NCBI GenBank assembly: GCA_951406725.2
Contig: OX597821.1
Location: forward strand, 91,264,001 to 91,328,000
From: Octopus vulgaris
Taxonomy: Eukaryota
Direction: 5' to 3'
Length of the DNA stretch: 64,000 bases
This document shows, piece after piece, positions 51,827 to 64,000 of the stretch (the stretch's first letter is position 1; each line of letters begins with the position of its first letter). Made by a program: the position numbers and the translations under genes. Below the pieces are notes generated by a model. It made no database searches. It saw only the letters and a list, made by a program, of their open reading frames with translations, and had not been told where the DNA came from.

Positions 51827-52254
51827 ATATTCACATGTGATTAACATTTTCCTTCCAAGATACGACAATAATACCCTTATGACAATGAGCCAACGAGGAA
51901 AATCTCAACGTGGATGATTGACCTTCTAGAAATAGCAACCAAATCACTCCAGATTCATATTCTACTATTTTTTGAATAGAAAAATAATAAAAGGTTTGTT
52001 GAATAATGTAGTTGGAAATGTATCAACATTATCCGTTATTTAGGAAAAGTCAGCATGGTCCTGGTTGAAATGCCTTTAATTACACGTCTACTAAATAGGG
52101 TGTTACAGAACAATAACAGCAATAACAAGAATTCCGAAAAATATAATTCATATATCTTTTCCATTCACTGAACAACACAATAAATCATTTGAAATTATTT
52201 CCTTGACATATAACACATACATCCCCCTACACACACACACACACACACACACAC

Positions 52255-52640
52255 AAATGGGTTGTACCAAAAATAATGCAAAAGTGGGAATCATTTATTC
52301 ATTAACTAAAATAAGTTGTTAAAACAACATATATTTGTAGAGTAACTTTTCCTCTGCGGTAGCTTTTTCTGTCTGTTCTTTTTCATTGCAGGCATCTTGC
52401 ACGAATCGCTGGACAAGGGGTCAAACTGATTCGCACGGGCAGACGACTAACAATCCGTGAGCTTACTGCACAACTGGAGTGTAATCACAATGTATTACTG
52501 AAGATGGTGAAAGAGAAAATATATACAAACGGAGTAGACCGGCAGTTAACACTGAATTTGAAGGAGTGAAGGGTAGAAGTCAGCTCAAATATATCGGAAG
52601 CGTTTAAAACCAATGACGACAGTTAACTATCTTCTAAGTT
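52255..52640 (+). mobile_element. Decayed mariner 5' fragment
   Basis: LIRTGRRLTIRELTAQLEC..RQLTLNLKE*RVEVS matches the mariner second HTH and WVPRxLT linker region. Confidence 0.65.
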
Positions 52641-52655
52641 GGTTCTAAGTGTATA

Positions 52656-53045
52656 GTGGAGGCGCAATGGCCCAGTGGTTAGGGCAGTAGACTCGCGGTC
52701 ATAGGATCGCGGTTTCGATTCCGGGCGTTGTGAGTGTTTATTGAGCGAAAATACCTAAAAGCTCCACGAGGCTCCGGCAGGGGATGGTGGTAATCCCTGC
52801 TGTACTCTTTCACCACAACTTTCTCTCACTCTTACTTCCTGTTTCTGTTGTACCTGTATTTCAAGGGGCCGGCCTTGGCACTCTCTGTGTCACGCTCAAT
52901 ATCCCCGAGAACTACGTTAAGGGTGCACGTGTCTGTGGAGTGCTCAGCCACTTACACGTTAATTTCACGATCAGGCTGTTCCGTTGATTCGGATCAACCG
53001 GAACCCTCATCGTCGTAACCGACGGAGTGCTTCCATCATCCATCA
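52656..53045 (+). mobile_element. SINE family B
   Basis: 12-bp TSD tctaagtgtata on both sides; (catc) tail. Confidence 0.92.
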
Positions 53046-53171
53046 TCTAAGTGTATACATATCTGTAAACACACTGAAATGTATGAATACAAACGTACAT
53101 ATATACATGCATACATGCTCATACCTACACCCACATGTACTCACTCACAAACTCACAAATACTTACACAAA

Positions 53172-53380
53172 TATTAGCTTCAAATTTTGGCACAAGGCCA
53201 AGCGGAGGAGATAAGTAGATTACATCGACCCCAGTGTTCAACTGGTACTTATTTTATCAACCCAGAATGTATGAAAGGCAAAGTCGACCCTGGCGGAATT
53301 TGAACTCTGAACGTAAGGACGGACGAAAAACGACATTGCATTTTTCCTGGTGTACTGACGATTCTGTTAGTTCAACACCT
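53172..53380 (-). mobile_element. Diverged SINE C
   Basis: gaaaggcaaagtcgacc..ggaatttgaactc. Confidence 0.75.
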
Positions 53381-53989
53381 TTGCATACACAAATATTAAT
53401 ATCAATAATGAAATTACTTATTCCGTCGCAAATCTCCAGAAATCTTTTATCACTTCTTCCTACAAATACCCAATGATAATTGAATAAAGTTTAATTAGCA
53501 ATATTTTTGATAACCCCCAATTATACTGTGAACTAGAAGTATTTTAAGCAATTCTCTTGTAAGCTTTGATAGATATTATATAAATGCTAATATCGTTGTA
53601 AGATTTCTAAATACCATAAATATCATTTTCCTCATGTGCATTGTAATCCGATTTCATTGTGAGATTTTGTTATTGATATTAACAAGAATCAACAATTTAG
53701 CTGTGAATTCCTTTTCAACGTTGTTTTACAAAATATGCAACTTGTTTTATATTAAGTCTGGAAGAAGTGTTTGGTCGCTTGGCTTTTGCAAAGCCTTTGA
53801 GACAAGAAAGACTGAAAAAGTTGTTGTTGGTGTCATTTTTTGTTTATCCTAGGCCAACTCATATCAGCCAACACATATCAGGCAGACCTTACCTTCTTGG
53901 TTAAAACCCATAAAGTATTTGAAATAGATTTGGTGGCTATTTCTAGCTGGTCAAACGCCTGTTTAGAGTTTTCTTAATTATATTATAAT

Positions 53990-54187
53990 ATTGGCTTAAA
54001 AATTTTGACACAAAGCCAGCAGCTTAAGGGGAGAGGGTAAGTCGATTAAATCAACCCAAGTTGAGCACTGGTACTTATTTTATCGATCTTGAAAGGTAAA
54101 GTCGACCTCGACAGAATTTCAACTCGGAATGTAAAAACAGACAAAATGCGGCTAAGCATTTTGCCCGGTGGGCAGCTCGCCACCTTA
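53990..54187 (-). mobile_element. Diverged SINE C
   Basis: ggtacttattttatcga..cagctcgccacctt. Confidence 0.75.
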
Positions 54188-55144
54188 GTTATATTGTAGT
54201 ATTAAATAGTATAGAAAATGTAGCATATACCGAAAGAAGGTAGAACTACATTAGATGTCCAGATAAAATGTATTTACCACTGTAGTTGTTGAAATGACTA
54301 CAGAGCAAATGACAAATGTACTAAATATGCTCGTGGTTATATCATTGCACTGGTAGACCAAGCATACAGTGAGTTTACTGAGCTGAACATTATAATGTGC
54401 TAGTATCTTCAGAAGTATTTTATACGATATAAGATTTATATCTCTATCACAGTACCTTACATTTATAAATAGGAGAGAAAAGGTGAGAAAGACGAAAATA
54501 TTATTAAAGCATGCATACCTGTCAATGATTGCAATGATAAAGTGTTGAAGTCAGTGACAAAATATCAAAACAAATTACTGAACTGAATTTCTTCGCCCAC
54601 CTAAACTAAAGATATTTCGTTGAATCTATAATCTTTTATCAAGTAATCTTTTAACAGCTACTTCATCAACATCTGTTCAACGTCATCCACCACGCATATT
54701 GACGTACACTTACATTGATACATAGATACTTACATACTGAATACATTTATGCATGTAGGTATCTGAGTGTAATATGTACGAAGTAAGGAGTTCTATTTCT
54801 CAAGTCTGGTTGACCAAATTCACTTAGGTTCTCACTGCTCCAACATACCAACCACGCATATAAGCATATTTTCATGTATGTACACATTTATATATAAAAT
54901 GTGCGTGCAGGAATTAGTGACAGGATGTATACATGTAGGTGTGTATATGCAAACACAGACACACACATATATACACATATATACACACTTATATGCTTAC
55001 ATATATACAACATATATTTATACATTTATACATACATGTGATTTTATATAACACATATTTTATGTATATACAAAAATATATATATATATACAAATATATA
55101 TATATATATATGTTGTCGGCAAAGCATAAATCTGAAAAATAAGC

Positions 55145-55635
55145 ACACACTAAGTTATGGAGCAGTATATAATTTAAATAAAGTTAGATAAAGTCGGTTT
55201 ATGGGATTACCCTGGGTTTCACGTCCATTAAGCGTTTAGCTTTACAGCATATCATCAGATCCCAAAACCTGTTGGCTTAAAGCCTCTCTAGCGAGTTGCT
55301 TCTCTAGAATATGGAGGAGGAAAGGACCACGCTACTCAATGTCAGCAACAGATGATTGTCTCCCTTTGGCTGTCGATCGCCAGTGACCCGTTATCCTGTG
55401 GGTTCCAATAGGCCAGCAGGAATTTCTTGAAATGCAAGCACGGACCGAAGACCTTCGTTCTGGAGTTAAGGGTGTTCCCCGGGTCGAGGGAGTCCTTTAG
55501 AATCCTCGCCCGTTCCGCTGTGCATAATTTACAGCGCTTGGATTCGTTTATGTAGGTGCCTGAATTTTCTAGGATTCTTCATGACATTGTGTATGGAATC
55601 CCGTCGTCTTTCAGCTGCCATACATAAGATGAGTC
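55145..55635 (-). mobile_element. Penelope-like element 3' end: GIY-YIG endonuclease C-terminus plus pLTR
   Basis: SSYVWQLKDDGIPYTMS*RILENSGTYINESKRCKLCTAERARIL..LNSRTKVFGPCLHFKKFLL matches the recalled PLE motif W.LK..W.IL...Y...KRC.LC..E..LN.R.E....C.H..K. Confidence 0.85.
55202..55264 (-). ncRNA. Type-I hammerhead ribozyme motif in the PLE pLTR
   Basis: UGGGAU-CUGAUGA-(long imperfect stem II with inner AAGC/GCUU hairpin)-GAAA-CCC a GGG-UA-AUCCCA. 6-bp stem I, canonical core, GUA triplet. Confidence 0.8.
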
Positions 55636-55684
55636 TGCTATAATGAATCCATACATACAAAATATCCAAGGTGTATATTTTTTC

Positions 55685-55750
55685 CCCTCTGCTGGGGAAT
55701 TTAATATTTACTCAATATTTATTGAGTAGTAATTGAAACAGCTGTAAGGG
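55685..55750 (+). ncRNA. Degenerate hammerhead motif (another PLE family)
   Basis: CCCU-CUGCUGG (decayed CUGAUGA)-stem II with tactcaat/attgagta-GAAA-CAGCUG-UA-AGGG. Confidence 0.5.
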
Positions 55751-55964
55751 ATGATGATTAATTTGCTGTTAGTAGCAAAAAATTAGTAACTCTCCAATCT
55801 CCATTTTCTTTTACTTTTATATGAATAGAAACTATATGTTTTTATATATATACCTATTATTTTAAGGAAATTAATTTCCCCAAAATTCTAGGTATTGAAT
55901 CAGTATTTCCTTGGACGAAACCATCCCTTCATGAGGTTAACACAATCGAGTACTTATTTACATT

Positions 55965-56120
55965 TTTTATTTTCTCTCCCTGTTTATTTCTGTGTTACTT
56001 TCTGTCTAAGAGCGTAGGCTCGAAACGTAAAAGACTTTCTCACTTCCCGTGCGTTAAACTAATACATCTATTTGTTGTTTACACACCCGTCTTCGTCTTT
56101 TGTTTTTTGTAAATTCTCAC
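55965..56120 (+). mobile_element. Hammerhead-motif repeat copy (motif 55998-56033)
   Basis: cttt-CTGTCTA-a-GAGC(gtag)GCTC-GAAA-cg-TA-aaag. Confidence 0.7.
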
Positions 56121-56454
56121 TATATATATATATATAAGATTTTCTGTCACAACTCGTAGGAGGAAAAGGGTTGGGTATAAAATGATGAAATGGTGTACAA
56201 TACAATTTAAATGAGATTATATTCCAAAGAAGAAGTCGTACCCACAAGCAAGCTTTCACGCATACTAAATTTTATTTACTGCAGACCATGTCTAATGCTT
56301 ATTCTATGACCCTGGTTGTGCTGTCATGTAAAGTAAATTTCAGTATGATGTGAACCTCAGATCAGATTGCAATGAAAGGAAATGTTTTGGAGTGTTTTCT
56401 CTGTGGTGCTACTGCCCTGCCAGTCATCACAACCACCGAACGTAGTTAATAATG

Positions 56455-56536
<82 letters not shown>

Positions 56537-57026
56537 CAACTAGCAGGACCATTTATTATGATGCCGTTCTGCTGTGATTCTACAAGAGGGATTTAAAAGG
56601 TGGAGATAAATCTCAAAGCGGAGAATGCCCATGATAAAGATGAAATGGTTTAAGCAATAACAGATGGATGTACTTAATGTCAGACTGAGCAGAGATGAGG
56701 TTGATTTTGACCATGGTGAAGAGGAGAAGAAGTAACGATAACAGAGAAGAAAAAAAAGTAAATAAGAAAGAAAAAGAAGACTGGAATGAAAAGAAGAGAA
56801 ACGAGAGAAGATGGAGAAAAAATGTGTTGCAGAGAATAGACATGGCTTGAAAATGGTAAAGAGAGAGAGAGAGGGAGAGAGAGAGAGAGACAAACAGACA
56901 GACAGGTAGAGAAAGTGTGATTGCCAAGAAAGAAAGGAAAAGATGTAAGTAGAAAACAAAAGAAAAGAATAAAACGGTAGGAGAAACACAAAAATAAGAC
57001 GGAGAAGGATGTGGCTGAATATTTAG

Positions 57027-57027
<1 letters not shown>

Positions 57028-57094
<67 letters not shown>

Positions 57095-57159
57095 TAATAA
57101 TAATAATTATAATAATAATAATAATGGTAATAATATTAATGATAATAATAATAATGATG

Positions 57160-57216
<57 letters not shown>

Positions 57217-57231
57217 GTAATAATAATAATG

Positions 57232-57325
<94 letters not shown>
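57028..57325. repeat. (AAT)n microsatellite of about 300 bp
   Basis: Direct inspection. Confidence 0.95.
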
Positions 57326-57327
<2 letters not shown>

Positions 57328-57922
57328 GCAACAGCGACAACAAAAACAACATGTACTCCAACAACAATAACAAGAAAAAAATACTAATAAAGAAAGCAGT
57401 CGACACGTTTTTTTTTCGTTTCGGAAACTGATTAAATTTGACAGAAGTCTAAGGAGAACATGATGAAAATTAATAAGTAACTAAAGAGGGATTTCTTCAC
57501 GGAGAAGTAAGGGGTGGAGCAAAGAAAGATGAGAGAGAGAGAGAGAGAGAGAGAGAGGTTGGGGGTCAAATTCTTTATACCTACCCCCCAAACCTTTCAG
57601 GAATAAAGGGGCTATTCTTGGACACATAAATATTGAGGTAAAGAGAAAAGCAAATACAAAAAAATTGAAGAAAAAATATTAACAAGGAAATGGTAAGGAA
57701 TGGATGAGAGAGAGAAAGCTGGGAAGGAGGAAGTATAAAATAACAGTCATGATTTCTGGGAAAATGTAAATATTTTGATTGAAAATGACACCTTCTTCGT
57801 TTATTACTCTTCTCTGTGTGTGTATGTGTGTGTGTGTATGTGTGTGTGTGTGTGTGTTTATAATGCTTTATCATTTTTTTCATCTTTTCTTTTTGGTTTC
57901 GTTTTGTGCTCTTTTAAGGTGG

Positions 57923-57923
<1 letters not shown>

Positions 57924-57995
<72 letters not shown>

Positions 57996-58073
57996 CATAA
58001 TCACCATCATCACCATCATCAATATTATTATTATTATTATTAGTATCATCATCACCATCATCACCATCATCAA

Positions 58074-58139
<66 letters not shown>

Positions 58140-58234
58140 CATAATCACCATCATCACCATCATCAATATTATTATTATTATTATTAGTATCATCATCACC
58201 ATCATCACCATCATCAATATTATTATTATTATTG

Positions 58235-58294
<60 letters not shown>

Positions 58295-58295
58295 T
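57924..58295. repeat. (ATT)n/(ATC)n compound repeat with internal duplication, switching to (AAT)n
   Basis: Direct inspection. Confidence 0.95.
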
Positions 58296-58609
58296 TGACC
58301 TTAAATTTTAGCATAGGTTTTAGTTGTTGGTTTGCATCTTAGAATAAGGTAGTAGAGTTGTGAGAGAGTGACTAGGGAGTTGTGGTGTGAACTAGTTTGG
58401 TTGTTTTCTCTCTTCCCCAACCTGGTGTTTCTCTTGATTGTTTTGTATTCCTTAACATAAAACTTCCTCATGGACAAATATACATATACAATACATATAT
58501 AAACACACGAACGCACATACACACATATGTATGTATTTATATATATATGTATATATGAATATGTACAATATACGTACACATATGTACATACACGCATACA
58601 CACACACAT

Positions 58610-58671
<62 letters not shown>

Positions 58672-59354
58672 GTATATATAAAAAGAAGAAATAAGCTAGG
58701 AGTCAGGTAAGTTCTCTAGACTGAAAAAATATATAGTTTGCTGATGTCTGAAGGAAAAATATGTAGACACAGAGACATACACATTTACATACAAACCTAC
58801 TGTATACTCACAAGCAACATAACTATACACATAACGAGAATAAATGTTCTTCAAATGACGTGTTAGAGCCTCAGAAATAGATAAATAAAAGCATACATAA
58901 CTACGCACTCATATGAAAACACCAACACGTACACACACATAATAGGTGTATGTACTTGGGCATATGTTTATGCATGTGTAAGTATGTCTGTACATGTATG
59001 TGCATACATGTTTGTATGTATATATGTATGTGTGTGTGTATGTATGTATGTTTGTTTGTATGTATGTATGTATGTATGTATGTATGTATGTATGTATGTA
59101 TGTATGTATGTATGTATGTATGTATGTATGTATGTGTGTATGTACGTGGTGAACTATTTGTTGGTGAGTCTTACAAACTGAAGTACTCAATATATTTGTG
59201 AGCTAATAATTTTTTATATTCATTATATTCTTTTCGCCAAACTACATACGTTCCATATTGTGCGAATGATATCTGCTTCAACTTCTCTCATGTTCTATAT
59301 TAGATCACGTTCTATATTGTGAGAATGATATCTAGCTTAACTTAGAACACCCCC

Positions 59355-60591
59355 TTACTATCTAACCTGGCACCCTTAATGTTTTTACAAAAATGATAAC
59401 TTGTAATTTAAAAAAAAATTGAAGGTACAATAAATTAGCGTTTTACAACAAAATTTGTGCACTTTCTGCCGTCAGCAAATTATTTCATTTTAAAACCTAA
59501 CATATTATTTTTTTTATTTAACAGGGAAAATGTGTTTTGTAGACATATTGTGTTGTGCAGGAATTTATGTATTTATTCATGGTGCGTGTGTTCTCATCGA
59601 ATGTTGGGATGTATAAGTATTTTGGCATACAGTAGTGATGTTTTATGTCTAAAACTGGAAGTATATCAAAAGGAAGAAATGTTTTATGCTCAGTGTACAG
59701 TGTAGATTTATGGCGTCTGTTTTGGGCGCAACATGGGTGCACGTCTGCGTAACTGTTATACTGTCATTCCAGTGAAGGAGTGATTATCCATTTGGATGTG
59801 ACAATCTTGTGTTGATGGATACACTAAGGGAATTAGCTAAATTCGAAGTTAAATAGTTTGCGTAACTCTGAATTTGGCAGGATGTTTTCTACATTTCAGA
59901 ACCTGCAGTTTTCCTCCATTCACATATGGTTTTCATTTCTCCGGGGTTTTCCATTTGATGCAGTAAATGATAATTTTATCCACCTGAGTCATGAGATCGT
60001 TTGTTAATTTCTTGCTATATCTTGCTATTTCTTTTATCGATCCTTTTATTTTGTGTCTTGAGATGACTTCAGATTCGTATAATACTGAGTTACGTTGCGT
60101 GTCTGATCTTGTGAGCAGGGTTTTGTATTTACGAATGTATAATCTGGAATTATCAGTCTGGTGGTTCTACTTGAGATTATTTTCTTGTTGTTGGGAGTAA
60201 AAATATCTCTGACCTTTAAAGATGGTTTGTTAAAAGTTTTACTTTAGTACCTCCAGGATAATGTTAATCTATTAAGACCAGGAATTTTTTCTTACATTAT
60301 TCTAAAGAAAAATGTGTTTCGAAATCCAATATTTTTCTAGACCTTTTCTTCGCTTGTGAACATTTGTGGAAAAAAAGTATATGAGATCTTATGCGAATCC
60401 CCTAATTGCTCGAGCTCCAATTTATTTTGGTGTCGGTTTATCAAATATTTCTTTAGAAGACGCAATTTCCGTTTCAAAATACTAGGTCGCCACTTTTACC
60501 AAGGGAGACAAATATTCACTCTCAAATACCGTTCTTTCTCAAAAATGACCCTTTCGTGAACAAATACGGTAATTGCCGGGTAACATGGTGA
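59355..60591 (-). mobile_element. Possible very decayed Tc1/mariner-superfamily DNA transposon
   Basis: Degenerate TIR pair ttactatctaacctggca / tgccgggtaacatggtga (13/18 match). Minus-strand MFTSEEKV start at about 60363. Confidence 0.35.
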
Positions 60592-60709
60592 CAGCTTGAG
60601 GTAAACCACGCTAGATATCTTCCTCACAGCATGTAGTTACATGCCTAGGTGCAAAATATGTGAAAGCGTTTTAGAGGGATAAGCATAATTAACATAGCTT
60701 ATAGTAAAT

Positions 60710-61080
60710 GTGGAGGCGCAATGGGCCAGTGGTTAGGGCAGCAGACTCGCGGTCGTGGGATCGCGGTTTCGATTCCCAGACCGGGCGTTGTGAGTGTTTA
60801 TTGAGCGAAAGCGCCTAAAGCTCCACGAGTCTCCGACAGGGGGTGGTGGTGAACCCTGCTATACTCTTTCGTCACAACTTTCTCTCACTCTTTCTTCCTG
60901 TTACTGTTGAACCTGTATTTCAAAGGGCCAGGCTTATCACACTCTGCGTCACGCTGAATCTCTCCGAGAACTACGTTAAGAGTACACGTGTCTGTGGAGT
61001 GCTCAGCCATTTGCACGAGCAAGCTGTTCCGTTGATCGGATCAACTGGAACCCTCGTCGTCATAACCGACGGAGTGCCAC
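60710..61080 (+). mobile_element. SINE family B
   Basis: B head and body; TSD tatagtaaat. Confidence 0.9.
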
Positions 61081-61447
61081 GTATATAGTAAATATATGTA
61101 CATATATTTTTCTTCATTTTAATGAAGATAAGTTGAATGTTTTTAAAAGCTTACATGATATGTAATGATTTTAATGCTGAATTTATCGTTAATAATGTTA
61201 TTTTATTTTCTCTACTTTATTGTGATTATAAATTGATATCCAACAATGATCAAGTTTGGTGTAAGTTGGAAGATAAGTAATTGCCCAAGAGATAAATATA
61301 AATTTAGAAGAATGTTGAAGACAGACTTGCACCTAATTAGAAAATGTTTTCTTTTTCTCTTCTCTATATAGCGTTCTGCGATGCTAAAAATATTCATCTC
61401 TGACGTCCAAAATATAGGAATCGAAAACTATTTCTCACTCGTTCTCT

Positions 61448-61494
<47 letters not shown>

Positions 61495-61741
61495 TACATA
61501 TATATACATATATATACATATATATGTATATATATACATGTATACATATATATGTGTGTGTCTGTATTTATAGTTCGATATATATATATATGCACATTTA
61601 GATCGGTATATATACATACATACATACATATTTATATATATATATATATATATAAGATTAAGATAAGGTAGCAATATTTAAAATTTTACTACCAGTGGCC
61701 TAGTATGTATAAAATGTCAAAAGACAACATATTTTCTTTAT

Positions 61742-61795
61742 AAGAATTAGTGTACATTTAAACACTCTTACGTGTTTAAATGTACACTAATTCTT
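61742..61795. repeat. Perfect 24-bp hairpin with 6-nt loop
   Basis: aagaattagtgtacatttaaacac / gtgtttaaatgtacactaattctt. Confidence 0.9.
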
Positions 61796-61807
61796 TTGTG
61801 TATATAT

Positions 61808-62468
61808 ACTGTTGAGTCTGGGGAGAGTCATTTTCTTTTTGTGCCTTATAATGTAACACACCCACCGGTGAAAATTTCCACTTATTTCTTATTTTTATTT
61901 TCCTAAAATTTTCGTTGCGTCTTGCAACCTTTTCAATAGTTTTGACTCTGCCCATTATTTACACTGCATTCCTTTTTGTTTGTTTGCGCGCATGTGTGTG
62001 GGTCAGTGTGTGTGCCTATGCATGCATGCATGTATGTACGTATGTATGTGTGTATGCATGTGTATGTATGTATGTATATATGTGTATGTATGTATATATG
62101 TATGCATGTGTGTGTATCTGTATGTATGTATCCTGCATATTCATGTGTTTGCTTATCCGTGTTTGTGTATTTTCTATGTATGTGTATGTGTGAGCGTGTG
62201 TTTGTATATGTATGCACTTCTGTCTCCTTGTGTGTGCATGTTTGTCTCTGTATGTGAGTGTGTGTGTGTGCGTGTGTTATGCAACTAATGTACCATGTTT
62301 GTATGTATGGATGTGCATCTCTATATGTGTGCTGTGTAAATAATTAAAAAGGTTGCAAGACACAACGAAAGTTTCAGGAAAATAAAAAAAATATATAACT
62401 GGAAAAATTACCGGTGAGTGCAATTATAAGGTAGAGAAAGAAAATGACTCTCCCTGGACACAACAGAA
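61808..62468. repeat. Two diverged copies of a dispersed repeat in inverted orientation (61808-61940 and 62345-62468); third copy at about 23090-23200
   Basis: ctggggagagtcatttt..ccggt..ttttcgttgcgtcttgcaacctttt and its reverse complement. Confidence 0.75.
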
Positions 62469-62602
62469 TATGTTTCAACACACGAACTCATATAAAGAAT
62501 TTTGCAAACCAAATCCCAAAACGAAATATATATATATATATATGTATGTATGTATATGTATATTATTTTCTTTGTAGTTTGATCGCAGCTGATCTACTTC
62601 TA

Positions 62603-62666
<64 letters not shown>

Positions 62667-62946
62667 ATGTATATTATTTTCTATGTAGTTTGATCGCAGG
62701 TGATCTACTTCTAGCATATGGCTGACCACATAGTGGTCTTTTAGCCCTTTAAATATATATATATGTATATATGTATATATATATATATGTATATATATAT
62801 ATGTGTGTGTGTGTGTATGTATATATATATATATGTATATATATATGTATACGTGTATGTATGTATGCATGTACATATGTATGTATGCATATACATATGT
62901 ATGTACATACATATATATGTGTATATATATGTGTGTTTCATATATT

Positions 62947-63022
<76 letters not shown>

Positions 63023-63462
63023 CACACACACAGAACGATTTATATACCCATTAAGCATTTCTGTAAGCAGACTAATAACCGTGGTCAGTTGAATCTCGAA
63101 ATATGTACTTCATCTCTCTGTCTCATCTTCTCTTCTCCTTCCACGCAACTTACTTAACCCGCTCTGCACAGAGATGCTATCCTCCAGTCCCCGCGTGAGC
63201 GGCATCGACTAAGGTACCCTAGGATAGCTTGTCTAGTACCAGGCTGTTCCTCCTGCTAGCCACTAAAGCACGTGAAATAAGCACGATCGGCCAGTAAATA
63301 AGCACTACCATTATATTGCATCATTTTTAGAACTATGAATATTCTGTCATAATGACAATTTCTCGAGACATAAAAGCAGTATATACATATATAATATTCG
63401 TAAGATATAAATAGAGTAGTGACCTTTTTATCTTTTTCTTTTGGAAATTTTACTACTAGTGG

Positions 63463-63826
63463 CCTCTCTCTCTCTCTCTATCCGCTCAGTCGAAGTCGAC
63501 TCTCCTTCACTCGTTGGATCAGCGTCCTCCAGTCAGTTCTATCCTGTGCCGCTTCCTTCAGATTGGCCATGTCCATTCCGGTATCACTCCTGATGGTGTC
63601 AAGCAAGCGGGTTCTTGATCGACCTCTTCTTCTCTTGCCACTGACCATTCCGAGCATGATGTCCTTCTCCAGGGATTCTCTCCGCATAATATGACCGAAA
63701 TATGCCAATCTACGCTTGGTGATCTCAGCTTCTAGCGACATTTTCGGCCTTATCTGCTTAAGAACTTCTCCATTGGTGAGCCTCGCTGTCCATGGAATCC
63801 GCAAAAGTCTTCTCCAACACCAAAGC
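63463..63826 (-). mobile_element. RTE (BovB-like) LINE 3' end with (AG)n tail
   Basis: WCWRRLLRIPWTARLTN..LAYFGHIMRR.SLEKDIMLG...GKRRRGR. Confidence 0.92.
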
Positions 63827-64000
63827 TGTGTGGCCTAGCGTGTATAAAAAGTCAATAGACAACATATTCTCAATACAGAATAGTGTACATACACACACAC
63901 ACACATATAGTTAGAAGTTGTGTTGACCTGATGAAAGGATGGTTTCATCCAAAGAAATACTGTAAGTGAAAACGGCCAATTTACTGTTAATAATAAACAA

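Overview
AT-rich, repeat-dominated animal DNA, most likely a coleoid cephalopod (Octopus-like), inferred from the tRNA-derived SINE families and dense (TA)n/(CA)n/(ATT)n microsatellites. I see no intact protein-coding gene. The only apparently complete gene is an intron-containing tRNA-Ile(UAU) at 34507-34615. Mobile DNA includes three high-copy SINE groups, CR1/L2-group and RTE LINE fragments, a decayed Gypsy LTR element, three non-autonomous Helitrons, mariner relics, a MITE, and a 7.2-kb hAT-like shell filled with nested insertions. There is also a 52-bp satellite. Less obvious signals: (i) several unrelated families of minimal type-I hammerhead ribozyme motifs of the Penelope-like-element kind, one inside a near-perfect 340-bp palindrome and one family present six times with a variant core; (ii) a decayed multi-segment Argonaute-like pseudogene; (iii) a decayed voltage-sensing-phosphatase (VSP/TPTE)-like pseudogene; (iv) a LINE whose 3' end matches the tail of the commonest SINE. 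All protein assignments come from manual translation and recalled family motifs, not database searches.
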